Virus record (IMG/VR): IMGVR_UViG_3300023265_000001 | Source: a virus | Strand: one strand, 5' to 3' | Length of the DNA stretch: 64,000 nucleotides | Shown here: positions 24,760-33,097 of the stretch, piece after piece | Numbering within the stretch: position 1 is the stretch's first letter | How the letters are laid out: every line of letters begins with the position of its first letter | Made by a program: the position numbers and the translations under genes | Notes under the pieces: generated by a model | What the model was told of the DNA's origin: nothing | Database searches by the model: none | Seen by the model: the letters and a program-made list of their open reading frames with translations, nothing else

Positions 24760-24806
24760 TGGTGCGGCCCGGCTCCGGCCGGGCCGTCGCCACCGTCGCA
24801 TGACGG
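24751..24806 (+). repeat. SIR-30, family C
   Basis: Short outer stem TGCG/CGCA; inner GGCCCGGC tcc GGCCGGGCC. Confidence 0.7.
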
Positions 24807-24823
24807 ATACCGATGGGAGAAAG

Positions 24824-25246
24824 ATGGACGCCGAAATCCGGGACGCCTACGGCAGGATGCTGTGGCTGGAACCCAAAGACCTGGCCGAGATCGCCACCCG
24901 GCACCGGAGCCGGAGCGGCGGGCTGGTCGCCCCGACCGACCCGAGCAGCCCTGCGGGCCTGTTCCTCGTGGACGCCAAGATGACCCTGCTCGGATACCTG
25001 GACGACAAGAACAGGCTGCCGGCGGCCGGCCGCGGCGACCAGGAGTTCCTGTTCCACTTCGTCGAGTCGGCCGCATCGGACGACGTCTGGCAGGCATTCG
25101 CGGAGCTGAGGGCCTGGCAGACGGGGCACGCCAAGGACTACTACGGCCTGGGCGCCAGCATGCCCTTCGAGCTGCTCAACAACATCGCGTGGGATATCTG
25201 CCGGAACCTGGTCACCGACTTCTGCGCGAAGGGGTCGCAGCGCTGA
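24824..25246 (+). CDS. array ORF 35, hypothetical protein (140 aa)
   Basis: ATG 24824 after GGGAGAAAG. Confidence 0.6.
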   Translation: MDAEIRDAYGRMLWLEPKDLAEIATRHRSRSGGLVAPTDPSSPAGLFLVDAKMTLLGYLDDKNRLPAAGRGDQEFLFHFVESAASDDVWQAFAELRAWQTGHAKDYYGLGASMPFELLNNIAWDICRNLVTDFCAKGSQR

Positions 25247-25488
25247 TGGCTGGCTACGGCAAGGTGAAGTACCGGATTCTGGTCGAGGTCGAGGTTGACC
25301 TGGACGCATGGGTCGAGGCTCGCCAGCCCAGCAATAAGAGCGAGACAAACGTCAGGGCGAACGTGCAGCACGAGACCGAGTTGGCCTGCCAGGACGAGGC
25401 ATTCGTCGGCCTGGTCAGCGACCACTTCCAGGCCCACGGCGGGGCCGTGCGCATCCTCGCCCCGACACGACCGGCCTACACCGACTGA
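25246..25488 (+). CDS. array ORF 36, hypothetical protein (80 aa)
   Basis: ATG 25246 overlaps upstream TGA (TGATG); tail of ORF 24862..25488. Confidence 0.55.
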   Translation: MAGYGKVKYRILVEVEVDLDAWVEARQPSNKSETNVRANVQHETELACQDEAFVGLVSDHFQAHGGAVRILAPTRPAYTD

Positions 25489-25569
25489 CGTCTTCTGTGC
25501 CGGCCGGGCTCCCCGGCCGGCGCGGTGGTCGCCAGACCAGGACCACCGCGAGCAGAGGAGCAACCCCAC

Positions 25570-25878
25570 GTGACCCGACTGCAGCGAATCGCCGCCGAGG
25601 CGCGAATCGCCAACCAGACAGATCAGACGATCACCCACGAGATAGCCCGGAGCGTAGCCGAGTACTTCGGTCTGGGCTCCGAGGATCCCCTCGACGACGA
25701 GTTCGTCCGGATCGGCCGGCTGCCGACCCGGATCCGGACCGTGATGGAGATCCACCAGGCGCTGACTTTCGGCCACACCGAGCTGCACATGGCGATGGCG
25801 TTGGGTCGTTACATGCGCAAGCGCGTCACCCAGGGCCTGACCGGAGAGACCTTCGGCTGGGCCGAATTGATCAATTAA
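25570..25878 (+). CDS. array ORF 37, hypothetical protein (102 aa)
   Basis: GTG 25570 after AGAGGAGCAACCCCAC; within ORF 25525..25878. Confidence 0.5.
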   Translation: MTRLQRIAAEARIANQTDQTITHEIARSVAEYFGLGSEDPLDDEFVRIGRLPTRIRTVMEIHQALTFGHTELHMAMALGRYMRKRVTQGLTGETFGWAELIN

Positions 25879-25889
25879 CAGGAGGAATC

Positions 25890-26171
25890 ATGACTGAGCA
25901 GAAGACCCCTTACTTCCCCTCGGGCAAGCGTGGCTGGGATGCCACGGCGACCGTCGAGGAGATGGCCGAGTGGGTGCTCGGCGCGCTCAACAACGACAAC
26001 GTTGTTCGCTTCGTCACCGACCACGACCTGGACCTCAGGGCTATCGACAGCATCACCGACCTGGAGGTCGACCTCGACAACTGGACGCCGGGACACGTCG
26101 AGATGCCGCGGTCCACGATCATCACACTGGCCAACGGGCAGAAATTCCGGGTGACGATCCAGGAGGACTGA
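25890..26171 (+). CDS. array ORF 38, hypothetical acidic protein (93 aa)
   Basis: ATG 25890 after CAGGAGGAATC; stop in SIR-31. Confidence 0.6.
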   Translation: MTEQKTPYFPSGKRGWDATATVEEMAEWVLGALNNDNVVRFVTDHDLDLRAIDSITDLEVDLDNWTPGHVEMPRSTIITLANGQKFRVTIQED

Positions 26172-26233
26172 CGATCGTGCCGATGATGGTCCGTCCGGCT
26201 TCGGCCGGGCGTGGCCACCGGGGCATGACCGGG
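26169..26233 (+). repeat. SIR-31, family C variant
   Basis: Outer stem GTGCC/GGCAT; GATGATGG; inner CCGGC ttcg GCCGG core; followed by a promoter. Confidence 0.7.
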
Positions 26234-26247
26234 ATGTCATAAGCAAC

Positions 26248-26276
26248 TTGACACGTAGTACGTAGAGCGCTACGCT
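26248..26276 (+). promoter_or_regulatory. sigma70-type promoter
   Basis: TTGACA 26248-53, 17-nt spacer, TACGCT 26271-76; AAGGAGGAA SD follows. Confidence 0.6.
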
Positions 26277-26297
26277 ACTCGAAACCAAGGAGGAATC

Positions 26298-26993
26298 ATG
26301 ATCGACCTGGGTAAGTGGCCCACGCTGCGCGTCGTCGGAGAGCCGGTGACCGAGGCAGAGGCAAGCCGAATCCTGATCGGCACGTTCTCGTGGTGGGGCG
26401 CCTTCGCCAACGACAAGGACTGGCTGGGTCAGGTGCGCGCCATCGCAGGCGAGTTCGGGATGCCGGTCGAGCCGCTGCGCGACGACTTCGGCTCCCACGA
26501 CGAGTATGTCAAGCATGCGTTCCGGGTCTGGCTGCCGGCATTCACCACGTGGACCGAGGAGCACGGGGTGCTCACCACGATCAGCCCGGACAGCATCGGC
26601 AACGACCGCATCACCGGCACCTACCGGGCCTGGTGTCACTGGGATGGCCTGATCGAGGGCCAGTACAGCGTCGGCAAGGACCCCGGCGAGGACGAAATCC
26701 TGGATGAGTGGGAGCAGATCGCCCGGCTGCACCCCGGCCTGGTCCTGACCGCCGATCTCGTCTCGGAGCACGACGACTGCCGGGGTGACACCAGCAACCC
26801 GGAGGGTTACACCGCCGCGTATCGCTACCACGTGGCCCACGGCATGGTCCGGATGGAGCAGAGCCTCAGCTTCGAGCCGCTGGTGCTCAGTGACGAGTAC
26901 ATGCACCGGGCGCACAACGAAGACCGGATGAGCGACCGCGGGACGACCCCCGAGCGCCTGCGCCGGGCGTTCCGAGACCTGGTGGGTGCCTGA
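26298..26993 (+). CDS. hypothetical protein (231 aa)
   Basis: ORF track; strong SD. Confidence 0.65.
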   Translation: MIDLGKWPTLRVVGEPVTEAEASRILIGTFSWWGAFANDKDWLGQVRAIAGEFGMPVEPLRDDFGSHDEYVKHAFRVWLPAFTTWTEEHGVLTTISPDSIGNDRITGTYRAWCHWDGLIEGQYSVGKDPGEDEILDEWEQIARLHPGLVLTADLVSEHDDCRGDTSNPEGYTAAYRYHVAHGMVRMEQSLSFEPLVLSDEYMHRAHNEDRMSDRGTTPERLRRAFRDLVGA

Positions 26994-27115
26994 TGAAGGT
27001 CTTCCTGCTCTGCCGCGTCCTGGGCCGGCACAAGCCGGTCCCGTCCTGGGTGTCCAACAAATGGCGCCACTCCTACTGCGAGCGCTGCAAGCTCGACCTG
27101 TGCTCGCCCGCCTGA
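26993..27115 (+). CDS. small Cys-containing protein (40 aa)
   Basis: ATG overlaps upstream TGA (TGATG); MKVFLLCRVLGRHKP...CERCKLDLC; below ORF-track cut-off. Confidence 0.4.
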   Translation: MKVFLLCRVLGRHKPVPSWVSNKWRHSYCERCKLDLCSPA

Positions 27116-27132
27116 CCACGAAAGGATCAGCC

Positions 27133-27309
27133 GTGACCTACGACGACCTGCTCGCCGCCGTCGAGCTGCACCGACCGCAGCTGATGGACAAGCACGCCCA
27201 CCCCACCACCGACCCGGCCAAGATCGTCCACCGGCGCTGTGGGGAGTGCCGGATCAACATCCCCGTGCAGGGGTGCCCCACCTGGGAGCGGGGCAAGATC
27301 GATGCGTGA
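27133..27309 (+). CDS. small Cys-containing protein (58 aa)
   Basis: GTG 27133 after GAAAGGA; CGECRINIPVQGC. Confidence 0.45.
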   Translation: MTYDDLLAAVELHRPQLMDKHAHPTTDPAKIVHRRCGECRINIPVQGCPTWERGKIDA

Positions 27310-27472
27310 CATCGACCGGCTGATCGAGTTCATCCAGGAGTGCGACCGGATCCCTCCGGTGCACAAGCGCGTGCTCATCAATCGGATCGAGTCGCCCCCG
27401 ACCCGGGAGGAGCTGGACCGGGCGGCGGCCGAGGTGCGCGCCGAGAGCGCGCCGGCGGGAGGCGATGCCTGA
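27302..27472 (+). CDS. hypothetical protein (56 aa)
   Basis: ATG 27302 overlapping upstream gene end; tail of ORF 27239..27472. Confidence 0.45.
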   Translation: MRDIDRLIEFIQECDRIPPVHKRVLINRIESPPTREELDRAAAEVRAESAPAGGDA

Positions 27473-27708
27473 TGGCGGGCTCGTACTGCCAGTACTGCGA
27501 CCGTCGCTGCTTCGTCTCGCGTCAGGTCATCGTGGCCGGCCAGCTGGTCTGGGCCGGCCACATGGCCACGTGCGAGCGCGGCAAGGAGCACGACCGGAAC
27601 GCGATCGGCATGGACTCCACCACCGCGCACAACCCGGTCTGGGACGAATGCCCCTGCGCGCTCTGCAAGCCTGCCGCGGTCGGCTCGGGGGGTCCCGATG
27701 CCCAGTAA
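27472..27708 (+). CDS. Cys-rich (zinc-ribbon-like) protein (78 aa)
   Basis: ATG 27472 overlaps upstream TGA; CQYCDRRC ... CERG ... CPCALC. Confidence 0.5.
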   Translation: MAGSYCQYCDRRCFVSRQVIVAGQLVWAGHMATCERGKEHDRNAIGMDSTTAHNPVWDECPCALCKPAAVGSGGPDAQ

Positions 27709-27910
27709 CCGCCTCGCGGGGCACACGCTCCCGCTGGAGGGGCGCGTGCAGCTCGCCGGTCGGCTGATCGGGGACGGCAACGGGGAAGGGCGGGCGGTCT
27801 GCTCGTGCACCGACTACTCGCCCCTGCTGCCGTCCACGCGCGCCCGCCAGCAGTGGCACCGCGAGCACAAGGACGAGATCCGCTCCCGACGCAGCCCGGA
27901 GGAGTCGTGA
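27698..27910 (+). CDS. hypothetical protein (70 aa)
   Basis: ORF track; overlaps neighbours. Confidence 0.5.
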   Translation: MPSNRLAGHTLPLEGRVQLAGRLIGDGNGEGRAVCSCTDYSPLLPSTRARQQWHREHKDEIRSRRSPEES

Positions 27911-28107
27911 TGCACAGGACTCAGTTCGAGGTGCGCAACACGGACGGCACCCTGCTGGACGTGGGCGACTTCATCAACTGCCCGGACCTCGCGGATACCC
28001 GCATCGACCGGTGCCTGAAGCACTACCCGGAGGCCACCGTTATCCGCTCCGACGACCCGGACTGGTATCAGGGGAAACCGGCGCCCGCGGGCACGGAGGG
28101 AGAGTGA
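27910..28107 (+). CDS. hypothetical protein (65 aa)
   Basis: ATG 27910 overlaps upstream TGA; tail of ORF 27805..28107. Confidence 0.5.
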   Translation: MHRTQFEVRNTDGTLLDVGDFINCPDLADTRIDRCLKHYPEATVIRSDDPDWYQGKPAPAGTEGE

Positions 28108-28109
28108 CC

Positions 28110-28409
28110 ATGGGCGTCTCCGAGAGCGGGTACACCCACCCGCTGGTCCACGTCAATCGCAGCTCCCCGGACCCCTCGATCCCGCCGTGTTACGACTGCG
28201 GCGCCCAGGTCGACGACTACTACACGGAACCGAACCGGTGCGGCCCCTGCCACGCCAAGCATGTCAAGTGTGGGGGTGCACCCCTGGAGCCGTCCGGCGT
28301 GCCCTGCGATTACCACGACTTCCCGCACGGGGAAGCGTGTCCGGGCGCCCCGGTGTGCTCGCTGGGCCGGCCCGGTAGCCCGCCGAATCCGGGAGCGGAT
28401 CATGCCTGA
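28110..28409 (+). CDS. Cys-rich protein (99 aa)
   Basis: ATG 28110 after GGAGGGAGAGTGACC; CYDCG...CGPCH..C...C..H. Confidence 0.5.
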   Translation: MGVSESGYTHPLVHVNRSSPDPSIPPCYDCGAQVDDYYTEPNRCGPCHAKHVKCGGAPLEPSGVPCDYHDFPHGEACPGAPVCSLGRPGSPPNPGADHA

Positions 28410-28713
28410 GGACCCGATGCACATCGACAACGTACGGGTGCGGCAAGCCGCGGACAGCGCAGAGCGGGACATGTTCCGGGACCTCGCCCGAGAGATCGAC
28501 GGCCCGTCGCCGCCCGGTATCGGTGCCCTGCTGAGGCGAGCGCTCAGCCAGCCCGCGGCGAGTACCGCGCCCAATCCGCCGACGCGGTGCTGCGATCGGT
28601 ACGGCATCGGAGACCACGACAGCGCAGACCACGCCGATCCCGATCTGATGCGCATGCAAAGTTGGGACGCCCACGAGAACGCCGAGCGGGTCGAGGACGA
28701 TACCGGTTCGTAG
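28402..28713 (+). CDS. hypothetical protein (103 aa)
   Basis: ATG 28402 within ORF 28261..28713; 8-nt overlap with upstream gene. Confidence 0.5.
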   Translation: MPEDPMHIDNVRVRQAADSAERDMFRDLAREIDGPSPPGIGALLRRALSQPAASTAPNPPTRCCDRYGIGDHDSADHADPDLMRMQSWDAHENAERVEDDTGS

Positions 28714-28730
28714 CACTGAGGGCTTCTGTC

Positions 28731-28753
28731 GCCGCCGGCCCTGGGCCGGCGGC
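28731..28753 (+). terminator. GC hairpin without U-tract (possible I-shaped terminator)
   Basis: GCCGCCGGCC ctg GGCCGGCGGC 18 nt after stop. Confidence 0.35.
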
Positions 28754-28786
28754 GTGCAGTGGACGTCAGTTCAAGAGGGGAGATCG

Positions 28787-29125
28787 ATGGAAACCACACA
28801 CAAGAAGCAGGTCCGGGTCGCGTTTCTCGACGAGGAGACACAGGGCATCGGGCCGAACGGCCGTGGCACTCGGGTCGCGCCCGGTGCCTACATCATCGCT
28901 GACCTGGACGGCATGGAGCCGGGGATGCTGATGCTGCAGGTCGCCGGCAGCATCCTGCTGCTGGCGATCGTGCAGGAGAGCGACGCCAACCACATCCAGG
29001 AGGTCCTGGATGGTCCGCACGCCCGTGATTGGGCCGCCTACTACCGCGCCCACCCGAACACCGTGGCCAGCTGGGGCGAGCAGAACGGCCGGCGGCCGGG
29101 TGCGCCCTATAACCAGGAGGACTGA
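28787..29125 (+). CDS. hypothetical protein (112 aa)
   Basis: ATG 28787 after AGAGGGGAGATCG. Confidence 0.6.
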   Translation: METTHKKQVRVAFLDEETQGIGPNGRGTRVAPGAYIIADLDGMEPGMLMLQVAGSILLLAIVQESDANHIQEVLDGPHARDWAAYYRAHPNTVASWGEQNGRRPGAPYNQED

Positions 29126-29127
29126 TC

Positions 29128-29730
29128 ATGGACTACAGCGTTGACATCGTCCCGATCGAGACGATCGTCGGGCGCGTCGCCCGGGACCAGATCTTCCCGC
29201 TGGGCCGCTACACCCACATCGGTGCCAACCTGCCCGAGATCACCGAGCAGTACGCCGACGACTTCCTGACCTCCATCGCCCAGGAGCAGGCGCCGCCGCT
29301 GACCATCACCCTGGACTCCAGCGGGGTGGTCGTCTCCGGCCAGCACCACCTGAGCATCCTGGTCGGCGCCCTGCTGCACCCGGACGAGCGCCACAACTGG
29401 GTGGAGCTGCCGAAGTTCCTCGACACGATGGTGGTCACCGACATCGGCGAGCCCAGCGGACCGACTGTCTGGTCCTCCTATGAGCCCGCCGGCCACGCCG
29501 TGACCTGGCTGCCGGTGAACTACATCCCCCGCACGGCGGCCTGGACCAGTTGGTGCGAGACGCTCGGGAACTCGCAGCTGATCACGGCCCGGGAGGCCCG
29601 CAAGGTCCTGTCCGAGGCGAACCGGATCGCCCGGATGTTCATGGACTACCGGGTGGTCCTGATCCGCGCTGGCCGGAACGTCAGCGGCTCGCGGCTCGCT
29701 GAGCTTATGGCGGCCCGCGGCCAGCACTGA
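29128..29730 (+). CDS. hypothetical protein (200 aa)
   Basis: ORF track; SD CAGGAGGA; VVVSGQHHLSIL faintly ParB/DUF262-like (weak). Confidence 0.6.
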   Translation: MDYSVDIVPIETIVGRVARDQIFPLGRYTHIGANLPEITEQYADDFLTSIAQEQAPPLTITLDSSGVVVSGQHHLSILVGALLHPDERHNWVELPKFLDTMVVTDIGEPSGPTVWSSYEPAGHAVTWLPVNYIPRTAAWTSWCETLGNSQLITAREARKVLSEANRIARMFMDYRVVLIRAGRNVSGSRLAELMAARGQH

Positions 29731-29817
29731 TCGCAGGCGGCGCCAGGATGCACGATGATGGAGCGTACGCATCTACCGACGTCCATCCTGGCACCGCACC
29801 CGCACTGAGGAGATCGA

Positions 29818-30300
29818 ATGCCGTTCACCAACAGCCTGCAGGTCGTCGAGCACGACATCCGGTCGTGGAAGCTGCTCAACGACCTGCACTATCAAGGCGA
29901 CACCGACCACTTCACCGTGCCGGCCGGCTATGTCACCGACTTCGCCAGCGTGCCCGACTCGCTCGTGTGGCTGCTCAACAAGACCGGCCCTTACACCCGG
30001 GCCGCGGTCGTGCACGACTGGCTGATCACCGACGAGATCCCCGCCAAGCGGGTTACCTCGCGCGACACCGACGGCCTGTTCCGCCGGATCATGCGCGAGG
30101 AGGGCGTCCCGTTCCCGAAGCGCTGGGTGATGTGGGCCGCCGTACGCATGGGCGCCCTGTTCTCCCCCGGCCGGGCATACGGCCGGCAGTTCTACCGCGA
30201 CGCGCCGCTGATCACCCTGATTGCCGTGCTGTCGCTCCCCATCGTGCCGGCGACCCTGCTGGTGCTGATCACCCGGACGCTGTTGCGCCCCCTGCGGTAG
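29818..30300 (+). CDS. DUF1353-like protein
   Basis: 160 aa; FTVPAGYVTDFASVP ... AAVVHDWL ... SRDTDGLF pattern of DUF1353; C-terminal TM. Confidence 0.65.
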   Translation: MPFTNSLQVVEHDIRSWKLLNDLHYQGDTDHFTVPAGYVTDFASVPDSLVWLLNKTGPYTRAAVVHDWLITDEIPAKRVTSRDTDGLFRRIMREEGVPFPKRWVMWAAVRMGALFSPGRAYGRQFYRDAPLITLIAVLSLPIVPATLLVLITRTLLRPLR

Positions 30301-30306
30301 AGAGGG

Positions 30307-30648
30307 ATGGCCATGCTGGACCCGAGCGAAGCCTGGGCGCTGGACGTCGAGGACGGCTCGCCGCCGACCATCGAGCACCCCGAGATCTTCACGCAGGGAA
30401 TGACCTGCCTTGGGTGCCCTGAGACATACGAAGGCATGCTGACCAGCGGCCTGCTGTTCTTCTTCCGCTACCGGCGAGGCCTGGCCTTCCTGGGCGTCGC
30501 GCCGACCGAGGACGGCGCGCTGATGGGCACCGAGTCGCAGGGGACCGGCGCATCGATGGCGGTCGGGGATGACCTGCAGGGGGTATTCAGCAACGACCAG
30601 CAGCGCAACGACACGTTCGCCGCGCTGCTGGACCGGATCTACCACTGA
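30307..30648 (+). CDS. hypothetical protein (113 aa)
   Basis: ORF track; stop abuts SIR-32. Confidence 0.6.
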   Translation: MAMLDPSEAWALDVEDGSPPTIEHPEIFTQGMTCLGCPETYEGMLTSGLLFFFRYRRGLAFLGVAPTEDGALMGTESQGTGASMAVGDDLQGVFSNDQQRNDTFAALLDRIYH

Positions 30649-30704
30649 CGTGCGCTGATGGTCGCAGCCGGGCCTGCCGGCTGCGTGCCACCGTCGCATG
30701 GCGG
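30646..30704 (+). repeat. SIR-32, family C
   Basis: Outer stem CGTGCG/CGCATG; CTGATGG; inner GCAGCCGGG cct GCCGGCTGC. Confidence 0.8.
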
Positions 30705-30718
30705 AGAGATGAGGAGTC

Positions 30719-30919
30719 ATGGAGAGCAGCAAACGAACCGAGAAGTGGCTGGTGCTGAACAGCTCGCTCGGCTGGCCGATCGAATGCAAGGACGCCGACC
30801 AGGCGGCCGACATGGTCCGCGAGTTCCGAACGGACAACACGCTGGTCGAGCGGATCGTCACCGTGACCACCACGACCACCAGCCAGGTGACCGTGGCTGA
30901 GTTCCTGGGAGAGCCCTAG
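30719..30919 (+). CDS. hypothetical protein (66 aa)
   Basis: ORF track; SD GAGGAG. Confidence 0.6.
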   Translation: MESSKRTEKWLVLNSSLGWPIECKDADQAADMVREFRTDNTLVERIVTVTTTTTSQVTVAEFLGEP

Positions 30920-31188
30920 TGGTCTGGCAACGTGGCCGGCTCCGCGCCGGCGGAACCGGCTTCGTCGGCGAGTCGGCCGGAGCGGGCCTGCGCGCCGACG
31001 ACAGCAAGCGGATCGCCTGCCCGAAGTGCGGCGCAGGGATCCGGATGCGCTGCCGCGGCAAGGACGGTCACTACCTGCAGCGGCTGCACACGGAACGACA
31101 GGCCGCGTTCAAAGAGGTCAGACAGCCTTCGCTCACGGCCCGCCGCCGGCCCGCGCAGCGCCCGCAAGCAGAAGAGGGAGAGGAGTGA
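30919..31188 (+). CDS. basic zinc-ribbon-like protein (89 aa)
   Basis: GTG 30919; CPKCGAGIRMRCRGKDGH; start uncertain. Confidence 0.45.
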   Translation: MVWQRGRLRAGGTGFVGESAGAGLRADDSKRIACPKCGAGIRMRCRGKDGHYLQRLHTERQAAFKEVRQPSLTARRRPAQRPQAEEGEE

Positions 31189-31190
31189 CG

Positions 31191-31427
31191 ATGCGACTGT
31201 TTCTCGTAACCGACTGGGCCGCCAGCTTCAACGAGCTGGAGGCCGCGGTGGTGCTGGCCGACTCGCCCAACGAAGCCAGGGAGCTGGTCGAGGAGGCCGA
31301 CCTGGCCGCCGCTGCCAGGCCGAACCGCGACGGCTCGATGCCGCCGCTGCGCAAGGGCGCGCAGCTGGTCGTCCTGGAGTTGCCGATGGAGCGTGGCATC
31401 GTGCACGGGAACGGCCGGTGGGCCTGA
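31191..31427 (+). CDS. hypothetical protein (78 aa)
   Basis: ATG 31191 after GGGAGAGGAG. Confidence 0.55.
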   Translation: MRLFLVTDWAASFNELEAAVVLADSPNEARELVEEADLAAAARPNRDGSMPPLRKGAQLVVLELPMERGIVHGNGRWA

Positions 31428-31783
31428 TGGTCGACCCCGTCCTGCACGGCATGTTCCTCGGCGACGTGCTGCTGACCGCCCTGATCGACACCGAGGGCTC
31501 GCTGGGCACCTGGGCCATCTGCGGATCCTGGCAGACCGAATCCTGCCTGGAGGTGGCCGTACGGCAGGCCAGCGGGGTCCGGATCCATATCAACCGGCAG
31601 GTCATCGAGCGCGGCCTGGCGCGGGCGCTCGGCTGTGAGGGCAGCGGGCCGACGGAGCTGGATGCCGATGCGCACTCCAGGATCGTGAAGGCCGACGCCA
31701 AGCAGGATGCCAGCCACCTGACGCCGGCGGCAGCCAGCATGGTCATCCAGCTCGGGGTGTTCGGCCGGGTGCTGTACCGATGA
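31427..31783 (+). CDS. hypothetical protein (118 aa)
   Basis: ATG 31427 overlaps upstream TGA; tail of ORF 30932..31783. Confidence 0.55.
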   Translation: MVDPVLHGMFLGDVLLTALIDTEGSLGTWAICGSWQTESCLEVAVRQASGVRIHINRQVIERGLARALGCEGSGPTELDADAHSRIVKADAKQDASHLTPAAASMVIQLGVFGRVLYR

Positions 31784-32211
31784 CCGTGCCGCCGCGGAAG
31801 GTCAACGGGCAGTGCCCTGAGTGCCTGCGCCACGACCTGTGGCAGGCGCCACGTAACTGCGTGCGCTGCGCCATGCAGGAGGCGGACCAGATGGGCTACA
31901 AGGCCTTCAACCTCTCCGAGATGTCGGCCTGGGACGACGACTTCTACGCCACCCTGATCAGGCACTACGAGGCCGGCTGGGTCCGGCCGGCGCACTTCTA
32001 CGTCTACGTGGGCTACACCCGCGGCCGGCTCAACCTGCCCATGGAGCCGCTGATGAGCCTGGACGCGACAGGCTGGGACGCCGCTGCCGGGCGGTACGAG
32101 AGCGCGGTAGTCGCCACCATGGCGGCGATGCGCGCAACCTACCGGTACGAGGCGGTGTGGATCGTGACGAAGTCCGGTGCCTGGATGATCGCGGACACCC
32201 GTAGTTTCTAA
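31780..32211 (+). CDS. hypothetical protein with N-terminal CxxC..CxxC (143 aa)
   Basis: ORF track; ATGA overlap. Confidence 0.6.
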   Translation: MTVPPRKVNGQCPECLRHDLWQAPRNCVRCAMQEADQMGYKAFNLSEMSAWDDDFYATLIRHYEAGWVRPAHFYVYVGYTRGRLNLPMEPLMSLDATGWDAAAGRYESAVVATMAAMRATYRYEAVWIVTKSGAWMIADTRSF

Positions 32212-32278
32212 TCCGTCAAGTGACACTGGACAATGTCCGGATGATCAGGTAACGTACCTGGTAGAAGCCGGACCGATC

Positions 32279-32312
32279 CACTCAGCGCCCGCCGGTCGGC
32301 GGGCGCTGAGTG
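32279..32312 (+). terminator. strong GC hairpin (terminator or leader structure)
   Basis: CACTCAGCGCCCGCC ggtc GGCGGGCGCTGAGTG; no U-tract. Confidence 0.45.
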
Positions 32313-32350
32313 CTGTCGGGACGAAACCGCACGTAGTGAAGGGAGAGACC

Positions 32351-32803
32351 GTGATCAGCATCAACGACGTGATCGCCTTGAGCGAGAAGATCAAGAACGC
32401 ACCCCAGTTCGCCGGCGCCGAAGGTGCGGCCACGGTGGCGGGCCTCATCGACGAGGCCCGCGTGGTCTACGGCAAGTGGCTGAACGTCACCCGGGCACGC
32501 ATCCTGGCCGACGAGCACTACCTGAACGGCGCGTCGCAGCGCACCCTGGCGTCCACGCAGGGCGTCTCGGTCAACGCGGTCTCGCTGTGGCTGAAGCAGT
32601 ACGGCCCGACGGAGTACGTGACCGTCCGGCAGGAGGCCGAGGCCTTCGTGATCGAGACCGTGAAGCCGCGGGCGGTCCGGGACCTGATCGGCGCCGGCCG
32701 GCGCGTGGCGCCATCCACGTGGGGTCTGTTCGACAACGACCTGGGCCTGATCTACACGGGCAAGCCCGAGAAGCTGTGGAACAACCTGGCCAGCCAGGCC
32801 TGA
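32351..32803 (+). CDS. HTH DNA-binding protein (150 aa)
   Basis: GTG 32351 4 nt after GAAGGGAGAG; GASQRTLASTQGVSVNAVSLWLKQYG helix-turn-helix. Confidence 0.6.
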   Translation: MISINDVIALSEKIKNAPQFAGAEGAATVAGLIDEARVVYGKWLNVTRARILADEHYLNGASQRTLASTQGVSVNAVSLWLKQYGPTEYVTVRQEAEAFVIETVKPRAVRDLIGAGRRVAPSTWGLFDNDLGLIYTGKPEKLWNNLASQA

Positions 32804-32804
32804 T

Positions 32805-32839
32805 AGAGGGCACGCATCCATGAGGGGCGTGCCCTCTTG
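32805..32839 (+). terminator. intrinsic terminator
   Basis: AGAGGGCACGC ... GCGTGCCCTCTT. Confidence 0.65.
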
Positions 32840-32859
32840 ATGTTGGTGTCACATCTGAC

Positions 32860-32889
32860 TTGACAGCGTAGGACAGTATTAGATAGGCT
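32860..32889 (+). promoter_or_regulatory. sigma70-type promoter
   Basis: TTGACA 32860-65, 18-nt spacer, TAGGCT 32884-89. Confidence 0.55.
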
Positions 32890-32917
32890 GACATCATAAG
32901 CAACGGAGGGAGAACGA

Positions 32918-33097
32918 ATGGACAGGGACGCATTCACCGTGCTGATCGCGGTGTGCACGCTGTTCGTCGGCATGCTGCTGATGGGCATCGTGGACAGCCA
33001 GTTCGAGAAGGCTCGCTGCAAAACCCTGGAGCGGGAGATCGGCGTCAACCTCGCCTACACCTTCAGCACCGGCTGCGTGCCGGCAGACAAGCTGTGA
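32918..33097 (+). CDS. small membrane protein (59 aa)
   Basis: ATG 32918 after CGGAGGGAG; one TM (FTVLIAVCTLFVGMLLMGIV); below ORF-track cut-off. Confidence 0.5.
   Translation: MDRDAFTVLIAVCTLFVGMLLMGIVDSQFEKARCKTLEREIGVNLAYTFSTGCVPADKL

Noticed and set aside
25499-25547. A possible 37th, degenerate SIR after ORF 25246..25488
   Set aside because: It consists of two separate hairpins (GCCGGCCGGG/CCGGCCGGC and GGTGGTC/GACCACC). There is no enclosing outer stem and no TGAGG/TGATGG linker. I treat it as ordinary terminator-like structure.
17231-30704. Hammerhead-like ribozyme core (CUGAUGG after a stem) in family-C repeats
   Set aside because: The motif is CUGAUGG, not CUGANGA. There is no GAAA box or a third helix in the required positions.
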